Assembly: GCA_000320545.1 (NCBI GenBank)
Contig: ADNK01001163.1
Span: 1-64,000 of the forward strand
DNA length: 64,000 nt
Reading direction: 5' to 3'
Origin: Bigelowiella natans CCMP2755
Taxonomy: Eukaryota; Protista; Cercozoa
This document shows, piece after piece, positions 41,407 through 56,700 of this stretch (positions are counted from its first letter, which is position 1; each line of letters begins with the position of its first letter). The notes under the pieces are model-generated. The model did no database searches and was not told where the DNA came from. It worked only from the letters and a program-made list of their open reading frames with translations. The position numbers and the translations under genes are program-made.

Positions 41407-41957
41407 GCATACGTGATTGTGTTTGCATGGCTACGTTAGGATAGCCATTCAAAAAATGGAACTATTTACATTACATCCGTATCGTATGTGTGTGTGTGCG
41501 CGCGCGCGCGTGTTTGTGTGTGTATGATATATATTTTATTATACCAGGGATACTATTGAGCTGTCACCATTATCGTATTTGTTGTTTATTAGGGTACATT
41601 TAAGGACGAGTTTGTGACTTGTGGTGGCATATCCCTCAAGAATGTTAATACAAAGACCCTACAAAGTAAGATAGTATCCAGGTTGTTCTTCGCTGGCGAA
41701 ATACTGGACATCGATGGAATAACCGGAGGCTATAACTTTCAATCAGCTTGGAGCAGTAATATAATACACATTTAGATTTTGAGCGAAGTTTGCGTTGGGG
41801 AAGTTGTTTGGTTAATATTTTTTTTCCCACATTATGATTCACCCTTCTCCTGCAATGAATTATTACAGCTGGATGGCATGCTGGAAATACTATTGGAACT
41901 CTTGCAGCGGCATCGTTTTCGAATTTATCTGATACAGAGAAGAAGGAGAACAGTTGA
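38906..41957 (+). CDS. HI0933/YhiN/BaiN-family FAD-dependent oxidoreductase with a bipartite (signal plus transit-like) leader
   Basis: Motifs [54 protein letters not shown] and [19 protein letters not shown] are spread over about 6 exons. The leader has [19 protein letters not shown] followed by an R/S-rich segment. Confidence 0.9.
41335..41490 (+). repeat. Two intronic partial copies of the ~90-bp repeat, flanked by (TA)n and (TG)n
   Basis: TTCATTACATCCGTCTTA near 41353; GCTACGTTAGGATAGCCATT...CATTACATCCGTATCG at about 41430-41485. Confidence 0.65.
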
Positions 41958-42190
41958 TGCCGTATGCCAGGATGATTGGCGGCACAACTTATAAAGTTGG
42001 TACAGTAGTAGTAGTAGCTCGAGAAAGAATATCATTGTAAGACCATACCATCGTCGATATTTGAACAACATTTGATTGTTAGACACTATTCAATTCATTA
42101 CTGATACTTTGGCTATAAATTTTCTGGTGCAAATATCCACTAAATACGAATCTGTATCTCAGTCGTTTTATTACATTAATATTTACATAT

Positions 42191-42230
<40 letters not shown>

Positions 42231-42233
<3 letters not shown>

Positions 42234-42600
42234 CGAGAAAGATGTAATGAAATGCTCATATTTTTCAACAGCCATCCTCATGTAGCTGTGCATAGCTGCG
42301 GTTACAGTGCTTCAATGTGATATATATATGAGACGGATGTAATGAATAAATTGAATTCGTTCAATGGTAATAATATATGAGACAGATGTTATGAAATGAA
42401 TGCATTTTTCCAATACTAGAGTGGTCAGTCCAATGTAGCTATCTTGCAGTGCAAAGCGGCAGCTGTAGCGCCAAGATTGTGAGTTTTCTACATACATGTG
42501 AGAGCGGATGCAATGAAACGACTGCATCGCATTTGTTCGCAAATGGTCATCCCAATGTAGGCCATGCAAAGCAGCGACTGCAGGGCTACACGTGCACATC
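42231..42600 (-). repeat. Tandem cluster of about 4 degenerate copies of the ~90-bp repeat
   Basis: Repeated GA(GACG)GATGTAATGAA...ATGTAGCT...GCGG units, the reverse complement of 1551-1640. Confidence 0.7.
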
Positions 42601-44250
42601 AGTGTGGACGTGTTTTGCATGCTGGCATGCTACACGAAGATTGCGTAACTTGCGCTTGACAAAAAGTGAGCTGCGCGTGGCAATGGTGATGCGATGGTTT
42701 TGCGAAGGCAATCGATTTGAGTTGTGATTTGTCTGTCGTGCGCAACGTGCGGCTACATGTTTCTCTGCATGCATGGAATGCATGCCTTGGCGTTAGCGCG
42801 ACGTGCAACAGCGTGCAATCCGCATTGCGCGTTGCACGAAATCTCCCTGTGTTCTGCTTCCGCGACGTCCTGAATTTCCCGTCGTTGTGACCACTGGACC
42901 ACACGTGCATGCGCGCCGTCGACCAAGCCAACTCAGCAGCCGCATCACTGCTGTTCCCGATGTTGCATGCTAGCATGCAGCATCACGCACGACAAAAGCA
43001 ACAGTTTTTCATCACATCTGTCTCACTCACATTGCTGACAACTTCAAACTTTGAAGAGGATTGTGCACTGTAGACGAAGCACGCTGCGCGCAGCGTGCAA
43101 AGTCATCGAAGATGTGGATCATTTGCTTTCTTGCCCATCATGCACACCACACATCAATGCCGCTGGAGGAATCAGCTCACTGCCACAGTCTAGCAGTGAT
43201 GCGCGACGATGAAACGAAAAGTTTGTGCAATGAGAAGAAAACACGCACTCACACACTCCAGCACTGCTGCGCGAAATGCGCGACATTCAAAACTGGAAGA
43301 CCGAAGCAACATGCACATTGATTGCATGAAACACATCACATGGCGGGCACCATGGACATGCACTGTGTCCATTGTGGGCGACCAACAGATTCAACATCAC
43401 AGCGCTGTCTAACTGTGGCCGCTGCATTGCACAGCTACACGCGAGGATTGCACGACCATTGAACAAACTTGATTCAGACTCATCACATCTCTAGATCTGT
43501 CTTGCGTGTCTAGCAACATCAGTGCTGTGGCCGTCGTTGCATTGCACACCTGACAGCTACGTGAGGACGACCATTGAACAAATTCAATTCAATTCAATGA
43601 TCATTTCATTGTCACATCCGTCTCTTGTCATCTAGTGAACACGATGCAGGCAAGCATGTGCTAGCATGGCTAGATGGTCTAGTGGTGAGCACAAGAGCAT
43701 GTGCTCATCACCCGACTAGCGCACGAAAGCGTCCACAACTGTTGAAGTGGGAAGTGCTAGAGTGCATGAACAGCCGCACGCACCGCCACGCTCTAGCGCT
43801 TGTGCGCAGCGCTAGAGCGCTTGAGTCCTTCGATTCAATCAATCTCGCACTTCACTTGTGCGTGCCTAGCTAGCTCTAGAGCTAGCAAATGCGTCATGGC
43901 TAGACATGCTAGCATGGCACGCACTCGATCGATCATCACTGCATGCTATTAGCATGGAGTGCTTGCGATCAGCGCGCATCGCGAATGCACATGCATCTAG
44001 GCTAGCACAGCTAGGTGCAGCTGGTGACTCTGGACTGCATGATAGCATGCACTAGTTGCACAGTGCAACTGAGTTGCTCATGTTGTCACAATTATCACAC
44101 TCTAGCACTGTGCTCAGCTAGTCAGCTCAGTTAGCTAGTTATTAGAGCTATGTATGTGTCCATTAGATGAGTAGCTACACTTTGAACAAAGAGTCTAGAC
44201 TAGTAGAGTCGCTGCAGCGCTACGTCATGGAGAACCAAACAAGTGCATCT
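42480..44250. other. TpA-depleted, CTAG-rich island between convergent flavoprotein and cathepsin genes
   Basis: Few non-CTAG TA sites, mostly CTAC/GTAG/TTAG types; very dense CTAG at 43630-44120. Confidence 0.85.
43400..43630 (+). repeat. Two heavily TA->TG/CA-mutated copies of the ~90-bp repeat
   Basis: CTGTGGCCGC...GCACAGCTAC...GAGGA...CCATTGAAC...CATCACATC / CACATCCGTCTC. Confidence 0.65.
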
Positions 44251-44521
44251 GAGCTAGAGATCCATGCGTTTGATGCGATGGACATAGCAATGCGTCAATG
44301 ATAGAATGGGGCATTGTTGAGACAATAGTTGAGCCAATGATCTAGCAATGAATAGCGATGCTGGTGGTGGTACCAATGTGCGACAATTCTCTTGCGAATG
44401 CAAGGCAGAATAAATTCCTCTGTGTATGAGCAATGTCACACGAAATACACGAGTCATTCTATTATGAATTCGTATGCTACGACTAAATGCATGCGAAGAT
44501 GAGCAAGCATATTCATTAATA

Positions 44522-48169
<3,648 letters not shown>

Positions 48170-48548
48170 GATGAGGAGGAAGGGAAGGGGTTCCTTCCTT
48201 TTATTCTATCGTTAAGACCTAAAAGACTATCAACTTCAAAACAATAATTGTATTATTATAAGATAAATCGGTGCAGAATCATTGTCGCTTAAACAAAATC
48301 TAGTGTGTTTTCCACAAGATACTCTCGCATAGCAGTCATCCTGGCAAATGGAATGCCAGGGATTCTTCGGTAGTACCGGCACTGACGACAACAACAATCA
48401 ATCAATCAATCAATTGAGTTTTGAATTATTTGAAATAACACAACACAGCAGAGATGAGCAAGGAGGAGAGGGGAGATGATGATGATGATTATTAACAGAG
48501 AATAGGCTGGAACAACGAAGAAATAACACTTGCAAGAGGAGAACAATA

Positions 48549-49981
48549 ATGGGATCTTGTGAGAGAAGCAGTTTGACGCTTTTGCCTCTCTTTCTGGCTT
48601 TAACGACCTTCCTCACAACAGGTGTTCAGGTCTCATTTGAGATACCTGCTGTAACACCAAAATCTTGTCATTTTCTAAGGTAAGGTCATTAAGGAGAATA
48701 ATGCAATGGAAACTTATTCCCAGAATATGCATAATACTGTTGCCTCTTCTCGTCGAATCCAGGTCAATTATTCTGACAGTATCTGCAATTAACAATTAGA
48801 TACGAATTAAGGCTATGATATCACCAATGCAGGCAATGAAGGCGAGATCGTCCCCAGCGCAAATGATGACGGATGCTGATACGGCTTGTGTTTCCTGCCA
48901 GTATTACAATTTTATTCACTTATGCTATAGATAAATTTATAATCTTGATAATTGCAGATACTTTCTTGAGCGTGTTGCGGCAATGCTGCTGACTGGGGCT
49001 CACACTCAAGTTGCAGCGGAGCAACAGACCATTCCTTCCCCGAAAAAAGAGCCCCCCCCGCAGCAAAACGTCAATTTCCTTGAATTGGACCAAAGAAAGA
49101 GTAATGTAAATTTCGGGGAAATTGATTCTCTTGCTACGCTGGGGCCAGCCGCGGATATGCGAGGGGAAGGAAATATAACGACTCTACCTACACCATTTAG
49201 TCTCTCTAGGAATGACAGTATTCTTGCTCTTTCTCATGAACTCGCACGTATTAACGGTACCAAAGAAATTGGACACTCCTTCGATGGGAACATTCCGAAG
49301 AACTCCAGCATATTAATCGAGCTTTCCAGCAGTTCTCCGTCTGAAAACCCATATCTAAGGGGAGGGTTCATGCGCGATTTTCTCCACTATAGACCAGGAT
49401 TGGCACGTTTCTGGAGACGGTGATACTCTTTTCAACAATATATTCGACTCTAATTAATTTCGATTTTATAGTCCTACAGCTCAAATCGCGACGATGGCGG
49501 AGCAAGAAAGAATTCTCATGTTGTTGGAGGAGGTCATACAAATCTGAAATCTCCCGTTGAACGAATCTCATTTTATACTGGTAGCTTTGCTCTGGACGAT
49601 GGACTGCGCCTTACTTGCAAATCTGTCTCACTATTGTTTCCAAGTTTCAACAGGTCTGTTGCCACTCACCATCAAAAAATTTCAACAAAGTAATGCGTGT
49701 TAGACATTCTGGAGGTAGTCCTATATTACTCAAAATATAGGTTTCCGATCTGATCCAAACAGCCCGAGCCGATGAGATTTGCCAAAGAATTAACTTGTGC
49801 GATACGGTATGCTGGGGAACATATATGTGTGGCGTTCCAATTTAATCAAAATCTTATTTTATGGTCTTACACCCAGACGTCATACGTTGCAAATTCTGCC
49901 CATGCTCCTGTGGTTGGACTAGATGCTGGTGATACCACAATGGGCGCTCAAAATATGGCTGCGAACGCTTTATTCGGCTGA
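48549..49981 (+). CDS. Secreted saposin-like (SapB) protein with a long internal insertion
   Basis: Manual splicing gives a signal peptide (MGSCERSSLTLLPLFLAL), then ACVSCQYFLERV, an insert of about 150 aa, and LLEE|LCSGRWTAPYLQICLTIVSKFQQ|VSDLIQTARADEICQRINLCDT. Six Cys in saposin spacing. Confidence 0.7.
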
Positions 49982-50089
49982 GTTACACACAAGAACTTAA
50001 GTAGAATACATTGCATGAATCGAACACGTGAAGAAATTGTACGACATCGCATTTGCGAATATTATCCTATGCATTAAAAATGCTATGCA

Positions 50090-51480
50090 GCCAGGGTGTG
50101 CATGCACAATGACAACCATGTGTGGCGTCGACATCACGCGACTAGTGTCATTTTCGCACGTGACTTGCACGCTCCTTGTGGCTCAGTCACATGCCCCAAA
50201 CGAAATGGGCTGAAAAGAAATCCAGTCGGATGGTTTGGCGATGTGGTCCTGAACACCACAGCAGAGACTTCACATGCGCAGTCTCCAAACTTGCACACGC
50301 ATAAAGAACTCAGAACAACGTACCAGCAGTTGGTTCACGTGTGGCACAAACTCACATTCATCGATCAGGTGCACACACGTGCCTGGTACGTAGCTTGGTG
50401 CACACGTGGAAATGAATTGTCAGGTGTGCATGACAAAAGACAAAAGGCACACGTGAGAACACAAACAGATGCGTGCAGAGCTTCGTGTGCGCACATGCAC
50501 GTGTGCACTATATTGTGTGCACGTGCAGAGACTGACAGAGACGCAGAGACCCAGTCTCTGAAACACACATGCACAGTTGTGGCGACCATGCACAGTCCAG
50601 CTAGCAGATCTAGAGCTGTTGTTGCAATCACTGCATGCCCATCGTATCCACGGTGACTCTGCACATGCATCGACTGCAAGCAGCCAGTTGTGTCATTGTT
50701 GCACACATCAAATTCGAGCGTGCACCACCACGACGCGCTGGTCCATTGTCACAGACTGATCGATGCATGCGATCATGCCTAGATGCATGTACACGCATCA
50801 TCACCCCCAGCTCAGCTGACCACAGCACGTTCGTTGCACAAATGGGCGAATTGCTCAAAAATTCCAGGAGAGCAAAAAAAGGCAGAACATTCTCTTGTTT
50901 TCGGTGCAATCCACTGCGGCCACGTGCGATCAAAAAGTGAATTTGAAAACATCATGCTTGACCACATAAAGAGGGAAGAGACTAGATGACCACCCGCCAT
51001 GAAGAACAGCCGGGAGCACCAGGCATGACGAAAATGAGAAAGCTGCAAACTTTGAGTTCAGTGACTTCGAAGCTTTCTAGCTTTGCGCTTTTTTTTCAGG
51101 CCTCAACTTTTGTCTATTTGTCACAAGTTGACCTCTGTCGCTAGCTAGATCTCTAGATCTAGAGATCGTCATTGTGCAAGCAAACTAACGTGATGATCAA
51201 TTTTTTTCAGTTGTCATCGTCCGGATAGATCTAGAGATGCATGTTCATGGTGCGCACTGCTAGCGCACGCAGTTCTACAGTGTGCAAAACAACAGACACA
51301 CAGAGTACGCATGCTATGACATTGCATGATGTGCACTAGTGCACGCTAGCTAGTGGTGTGCGTGCACAACGTCCGCCCAGCACTGTCATGGAGCACAGTC
51401 ATGCACTAGTGCATGCAGTGTCCATGGTCGAATGTGCCATGTGTGCATGTGCACTGCTGTGCACACATCATGCAGACATT
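50090..51480. other. TpA-depleted island between convergent saposin-like and IscU genes
   Basis: Rich in CACGTG, GTGCAC and GCATGC; surviving TA mostly in CTAG (e.g. GCTAGCTAGATCTCTAGATCTAG at about 51140-51162). Confidence 0.8.
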
Positions 51481-51914
51481 CCAGGTCATATGCATTTTTC
51501 TAAATTATATTTGCGCTGTAGCTTACGCAGGAACTGTTGCATTTTCATATAGCACAACGTACAGGCACTGCTGTGTCGTAGTTAGTGGTGCACTTGCATC
51601 GTAAACAACATGCGAATCGCATGCGCGCCCAACCATGATCAAAACTAAGGAACACAAGATGCAGCTTAAAACCATGGACGTGAATAGAAAGACTAGCAGA
51701 TACTTTGTTATGTGTAGCACACTGGACATGCACACTATCTAATCCAATGACGGAAGAATTCGTCCGATTGACATCCCTAGGTGAGGATGGCCGTGGTGAA
51801 CTGTTTATGGGCACCAGCTTCGAAACTAGGCCACAAAATTCATAGATAATAGGTTACATTTACGACACTATCTCCGGAATTCAGCAAAAATACTGATTCT
51901 GGTACGATATAGCC

Positions 51915-52568
51915 CTAAGATGATTCCGACTCCAAGCCCTTTTTCTCTTTGTAGTTCTTTATTGCTGCTTTCACTGCATCTTGGGCCAACATGCTACAGT
52001 GAAGCTTGACAGGGGGTAAATTAAGATGCGAAGCGATCTCAGAATTTTCCAGCTTAGCAGCCTCGTCAACCTTCTTTCCTTTCAACCACTCCGTCGCATA
52101 TGAACTGTGTAGGGGAGGAATCATTTCAAAACTAAATCAAAATACCAATATTTTTTTTCAAAAAGAGTTGTTTTTAAACCTTGATGCAATTGCTGAACCG
52201 CAACCAAAGGTCTTGAATTTTGCCTCCTCAATATTTCCTTCCCCGTCGATCTTGATCTGCAGCTTCATGACATCACCGCAAGCGGGTGCGCCAACTAGTC
52301 CTAGAAGATCATTTCAAAAATTAGTGATGTTTCGGGTGAGCCAGAGCTACATACGAAAAGTCGAAATGCGGAATTGTGTGAATATAGTGAAGATTTTCCT
52401 AAATGTAATTCCGAACATAGAGGTACCTGTTCCGACGTTCTCGTCTTTGTCATCAAGGGATCCCACGTTCCGCGGGTTTTCGTAGTGGTCCACAACGTTA
52501 GGATGGTACATTCTACGAGAAGTTACCGTCGCAGTACTGCGCAGAGACCTGCAGAAGCTCCGAAGCAT
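51915..52568 (-). CDS. ISCU: Mitochondrial Fe-S cluster scaffold IscU/Isu (3 exons)
   Basis: Presequence plus YHPNVVDHYENPRNVGS, GLVGAPACGDVMKLQI, FKTFGCGSAIASS and LPPVKLHCSMLAQDA. Confidence 0.96.
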
Positions 52569-53326
52569 ATTTCTTCTTCTCTGGCAATAGGGTTATGATC
52601 GAAGAGTTTTAAACACAGAATGTAATTTTCGAATTCTCGAAATGAAAAGCAAGGTTGGGTTAGGTTGGGAAAACGTATTCACTTCTCAGTAAATTCTATT
52701 TACTTCTCAATGGAACGAAATATTGCAACTGTCAAATCTTCCAATGAGATGAGGAGGACAATGTGCTTTACATGTACCTCCAAAGACAGCTGGTGAGGAG
52801 GATGCGGTAGGAAATTTCAGCACTGGTTGCGTTACGTACGAAAAATTATGGAGCAGAGATCTATCTAATTTCACATAGATTGAAGCCTCATTTTGTCTTG
52901 TCTCTAATAATAAAAATAGGTCTTTTTGCCTTTTTTGCGATGCAAGTGTAAAAAAAAAAATACATCTGAGGATGAAGAAAGCAATGTGCGGGTGCTTTCA
53001 TGGTGCGTCACGCTCTTAATCTCAAAAAGCAAGGAATCACTTTTTTCTGAAAGGCGATTTTCTCTACTGTAAGTAGCCGCTAGTGTCAGGATTCCTGACA
53101 GAGCTCGCTCGCACATTGGGAGTGCTCTCCGATGGCAGTCCACTCCACCCAACCAGCCAAGGAACCTGTGAACAAACCATTCATGCCTGAAGATTTTGAA
53201 GGAAGCCAAAGTACACGCTTTGAGTTAGTTCCCACTTTGAGTGGATGTCTGCAGCCCATGGGGGCTGCACAGCGCACGCGTGTGCGAACGTGTGTGGTTT
53301 GGTGCACCTGTCCTTCACCGTGCACG

Positions 53327-53652
53327 TGTAGCGCGTACCACTACGCGGGCACGAGGCGCTACGTGCACAAGTAGGCAGGGGGGGGGAAAGGCACGTTTGC
53401 TTCCTTTTGAAGAGTTGTGTTTATTTTTATTAAAGATTATATTTTTATTAAATCGTGCACTGCGTAATCATTCGCGAAGCTTTCGCGAATGCCGCCGCAC
53501 GTGGGGCAGCACACTTCCGGTGTGCTGCCATGAGTCCCGCCGGAACCCACGTGCCTATGCTGTATTAATATCTACGTTATCTATATTCTATATCCGCGAC
53601 AACCCCTTTGTTGTCGCACGTGACTTGTGCCCGCGTAGTGGTACGCGCTACA
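53327..53652 (-). repeat. 3' LTR, carrying its own perfect 26-bp inverted termini
   Basis: TGTAGCGCGTACCACTACGCGGGCAC at 53327-53352 and its reverse complement at 53627-53652. Confidence 0.93.
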
Positions 53653-53660
53653 CCTCCCCC
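53653..53660 (-). promoter_or_regulatory. Polypurine tract
   Basis: Minus-strand GGGGGAGG immediately upstream of the 3' LTR. Confidence 0.8.
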
Positions 53661-53703
53661 AAGTCACGTTGCTCCTTCCTTCCTTCCTTATTCCCTTAGA
53701 CCT

Positions 53704-56700
53704 TCATCGCTTTCGGAACTTCACCAACCACCAGGTAATAGATTCCTCTCTAACCTTATCTCCTTTGTCGCTTACCCAGAACTCACCTTCGTCCTTAGGT
53801 TCGTGTCCATACCAGCCCTCTGCATCAAGGTCCCCCAGGACCTTATACCAGTGCTCAAAGGGTAAGTCGGGAACAGCTAGGTAGAGTAGCTGATATTTTC
53901 CGTCCTTTATTTTCATAGCTACCCTCTCCATATTTCGTAATCCAGGGTAGCCTAGATAGACAATCTTCATGCGCCAATCGTCGTTCACCCTGACCTTATT
54001 GTTTCCATATTCCACATCGAACTTAGGTCGGGGTCCTAAACAAGGCATTGCTCGCTCCCACACAGTAGGGTTTACTTTAACATCCTCTAGGAGCTTCTCA
54101 CCGATATCATAATTCTTTAGGTGACTGATGTGGCGCAAGGTGACCCTGTTCCCATCATAGATGTAGTACTGCTTCCTCCCCTTCCTCTCGGTAACCTTTG
54201 CAACGCCACCCCAGAAGGGGTCTTGTTTATTTCTCGATCTCAGATTTACCTTGGCCCTAACATACTGTCCTTCCTTTAGAACTCGGCCATCGTACGGGAC
54301 CTTCTCGTCTTCGCTCTCGGTATCGTCGTCGTTGTCGTCGCCTTCTTCCCTCTCCTTATCCTTGATACCTCCCCCAGACGTGAAGGTGTCGTTTACTAAC
54401 CCTTGTATCTTGTCTGGTGTGGTGCTATTTATCCTGCTTAGGTTGGCCAAGGTGCGGTGGAGTCGCTCTACCTTGGAGTTGGACTGGGCATAGTATACAG
54501 GTGAGGCATCAATATTAGGGTGTGGTAGCTGTAGAAGAGAGGTCTCATTATCCACATGTAACTTCTTTGGTATCTTGTTTATGCTAACTTCATCAGGGAT
54601 AGCCTGGAGCTCAGACTCCCAGGTACGGTAGCAGTTAGTAAGCCTCTGCTTATATAAGCCTTTGTTCTTCTTAGCAACGTTGACCTTGATAATCTTTTTA
54701 ACCCAGCACTTTCCAGTGGCCACATCAACGAAGGTAAGGTAGTGATAGCCATCGTACTTATAAACATCAATTTGCACGATATCTAAGAAGTTCCTTGCTT
54801 TGATTTTCTTAGATGCACGGCTCTTGCTGGACTCCTTGGTGGCGACGCCTGCCGCCTTCAAGCTGGAGCACCTGCAGCCACGCAGGTATGTCCTTATCTC
54901 TTTTAGCTTGTAGGGCCAGTAGTAATGGTAGAGTAGAGCAGTGATATGGTTTTCTCCTACGTGTGCAGGTCCATGGGCGGTAAAGAGAAGGGCTCCCCTG
55001 GTCCGCCGTGGCACGTAGGTACGCCTAACATTATTAGTGTATACATATATCCTATCACTAAGTACCTCATGCTTGTGTTTGTATTTATCCAGGTGTTCTT
55101 GAAGGTGCTGGAGCTCCTCTGGCTCAGGCAGGAAGTCGCCGTCCTCGAAGGTAATCGCGTTAACCATAGGGGTGACCTGGGTAGGGACTTTCTTTTCGAA
55201 CAGCCTGCTGAAATAGTCAGCAAGCTGCTTGTCTCCTGGTGCGTAGACCACTGTCCTCTTGTCCCTAAACTCTTCCGTGTCCGCCCTCATAGCTGCATAC
55301 TCATCGTTAGGCGCTTCGAGCTTGCGGTCGATGCCTAGGAGGGGCTTGTGGTCAGTCATTAAGGTGAAGCTGGGCACCGACAGCAGGTAGTATCTTAGTT
55401 TCCTCTGCGCCTCAGTCATGGCTTTATACTCTCCTTTTGTAGGGCTGTACTTGGCCTCAGCTGCTGTGCAGGCCCTGCCCCACACCCGTATGATCTGCTG
55501 GTCTTGGGTAAGTACAGCAGCCATACCTAGCTTAGACCAGTCTGTCCATAGGGTAGCTGGTCTAGTAGTGTCTAGCTTAGCATTCAATAGGGTGTTGCTG
55601 CATAACTTTATTAGGTTATCGAAGTGGGCATCAAGGCCAGCCTTGGCCCACACCTTAGCGAAGCTGAGGCCTACAGAGTTCTCCTTCCGGTAAGCAGTAG
55701 TAAAAGCAGCTGCAGTCCTAGCGTAGGTAGGGGAGAACCTACGTAGTATCCAAGCTGGAGTCTGCAAGAATGACTTTAACTCCTTTGCATTCTTAGGTTT
55801 AGGGGCTTGCTGTAGTGCTGCTACTTTCTCGGGGTTTGGGGTGATGCGGCCTTGCTCCAGGTAATATCCACACCACTTGATTCTTGTAGCTAGGAATGTA
55901 CACTTCTGCAGTCTAATAGTAAAACCGAAGTGTGCAAACCTAATAAATATATTTTCCAGGAGGAAGATCTGAGCGACGACTGTGTTGGTACATATTATGT
56001 CATCATCCACATACACAAACACAAACACCCACAACACAGACGCCATCCCATCATGTGTGTATGCCCTGTAGTTCTGACTACTGAACGCATCCCCTGATAT
56101 GCTTAGGCCGTAAGGGAATACGACGAAGTGCCACTTCCTGTGCCTGCTGGAGAACGCGGTAATGGGGCGGGAGGTTTTGTGGATGGGTGTCTGCATGTAT
56201 GATTCATTTTTATCTAGGGAAGAGTAGTATTTGTATCCTATGACGTGTTCAATAACGTCATCTATCCTTGGTGTAGGTGTCTGGATCCTCTTTATTACTC
56301 GGTTGTGGCGGATGAAGTTGTGCGCCAGGCGGAAGAAAGGGTAAGTAGGTTTCTTAGCTAGCACATGTCTCACGTTCCATGGTGAGTTGCTTGGCTCTAT
56401 CTTCCCTTCCTTTGCCCATTCATTGATCTGCCACTCTATCTTTTCCCAGTCCGCTTCCGGTCGCCTATGTTCTGGGTCATTGATGATGCACTCTTCGTAT
56501 CCCTTCTTTAGCTCGATCTTTACTGGGGTAAGCTTGCTGGAGGGCTTCGTCGTCGGCTTGGTGATGTCAGAGTACTTCTCGTTTAATATTTTATTAATGT
56601 ACTTTTTGCCTTTGTCGATATCCCAATCATCAGCTGGGGGGGTCTTGTCCAGTAGCTCCGTTATCTGTCGGATGGTCTTGCCGGGGTTCTTCTTCCGTAG

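Noticed and set aside
42231-42600. Repeat-spacer-like array resembling CRISPR
   Set aside because: Units are degenerate copies of one repeat without unique spacers; eukaryotic context and no cas genes.
53241-53699. Plus-strand ORFs 53241-53699 and 58700-59413 sharing a peptide
   Set aside because: Antisense read-through of the two identical LTRs.
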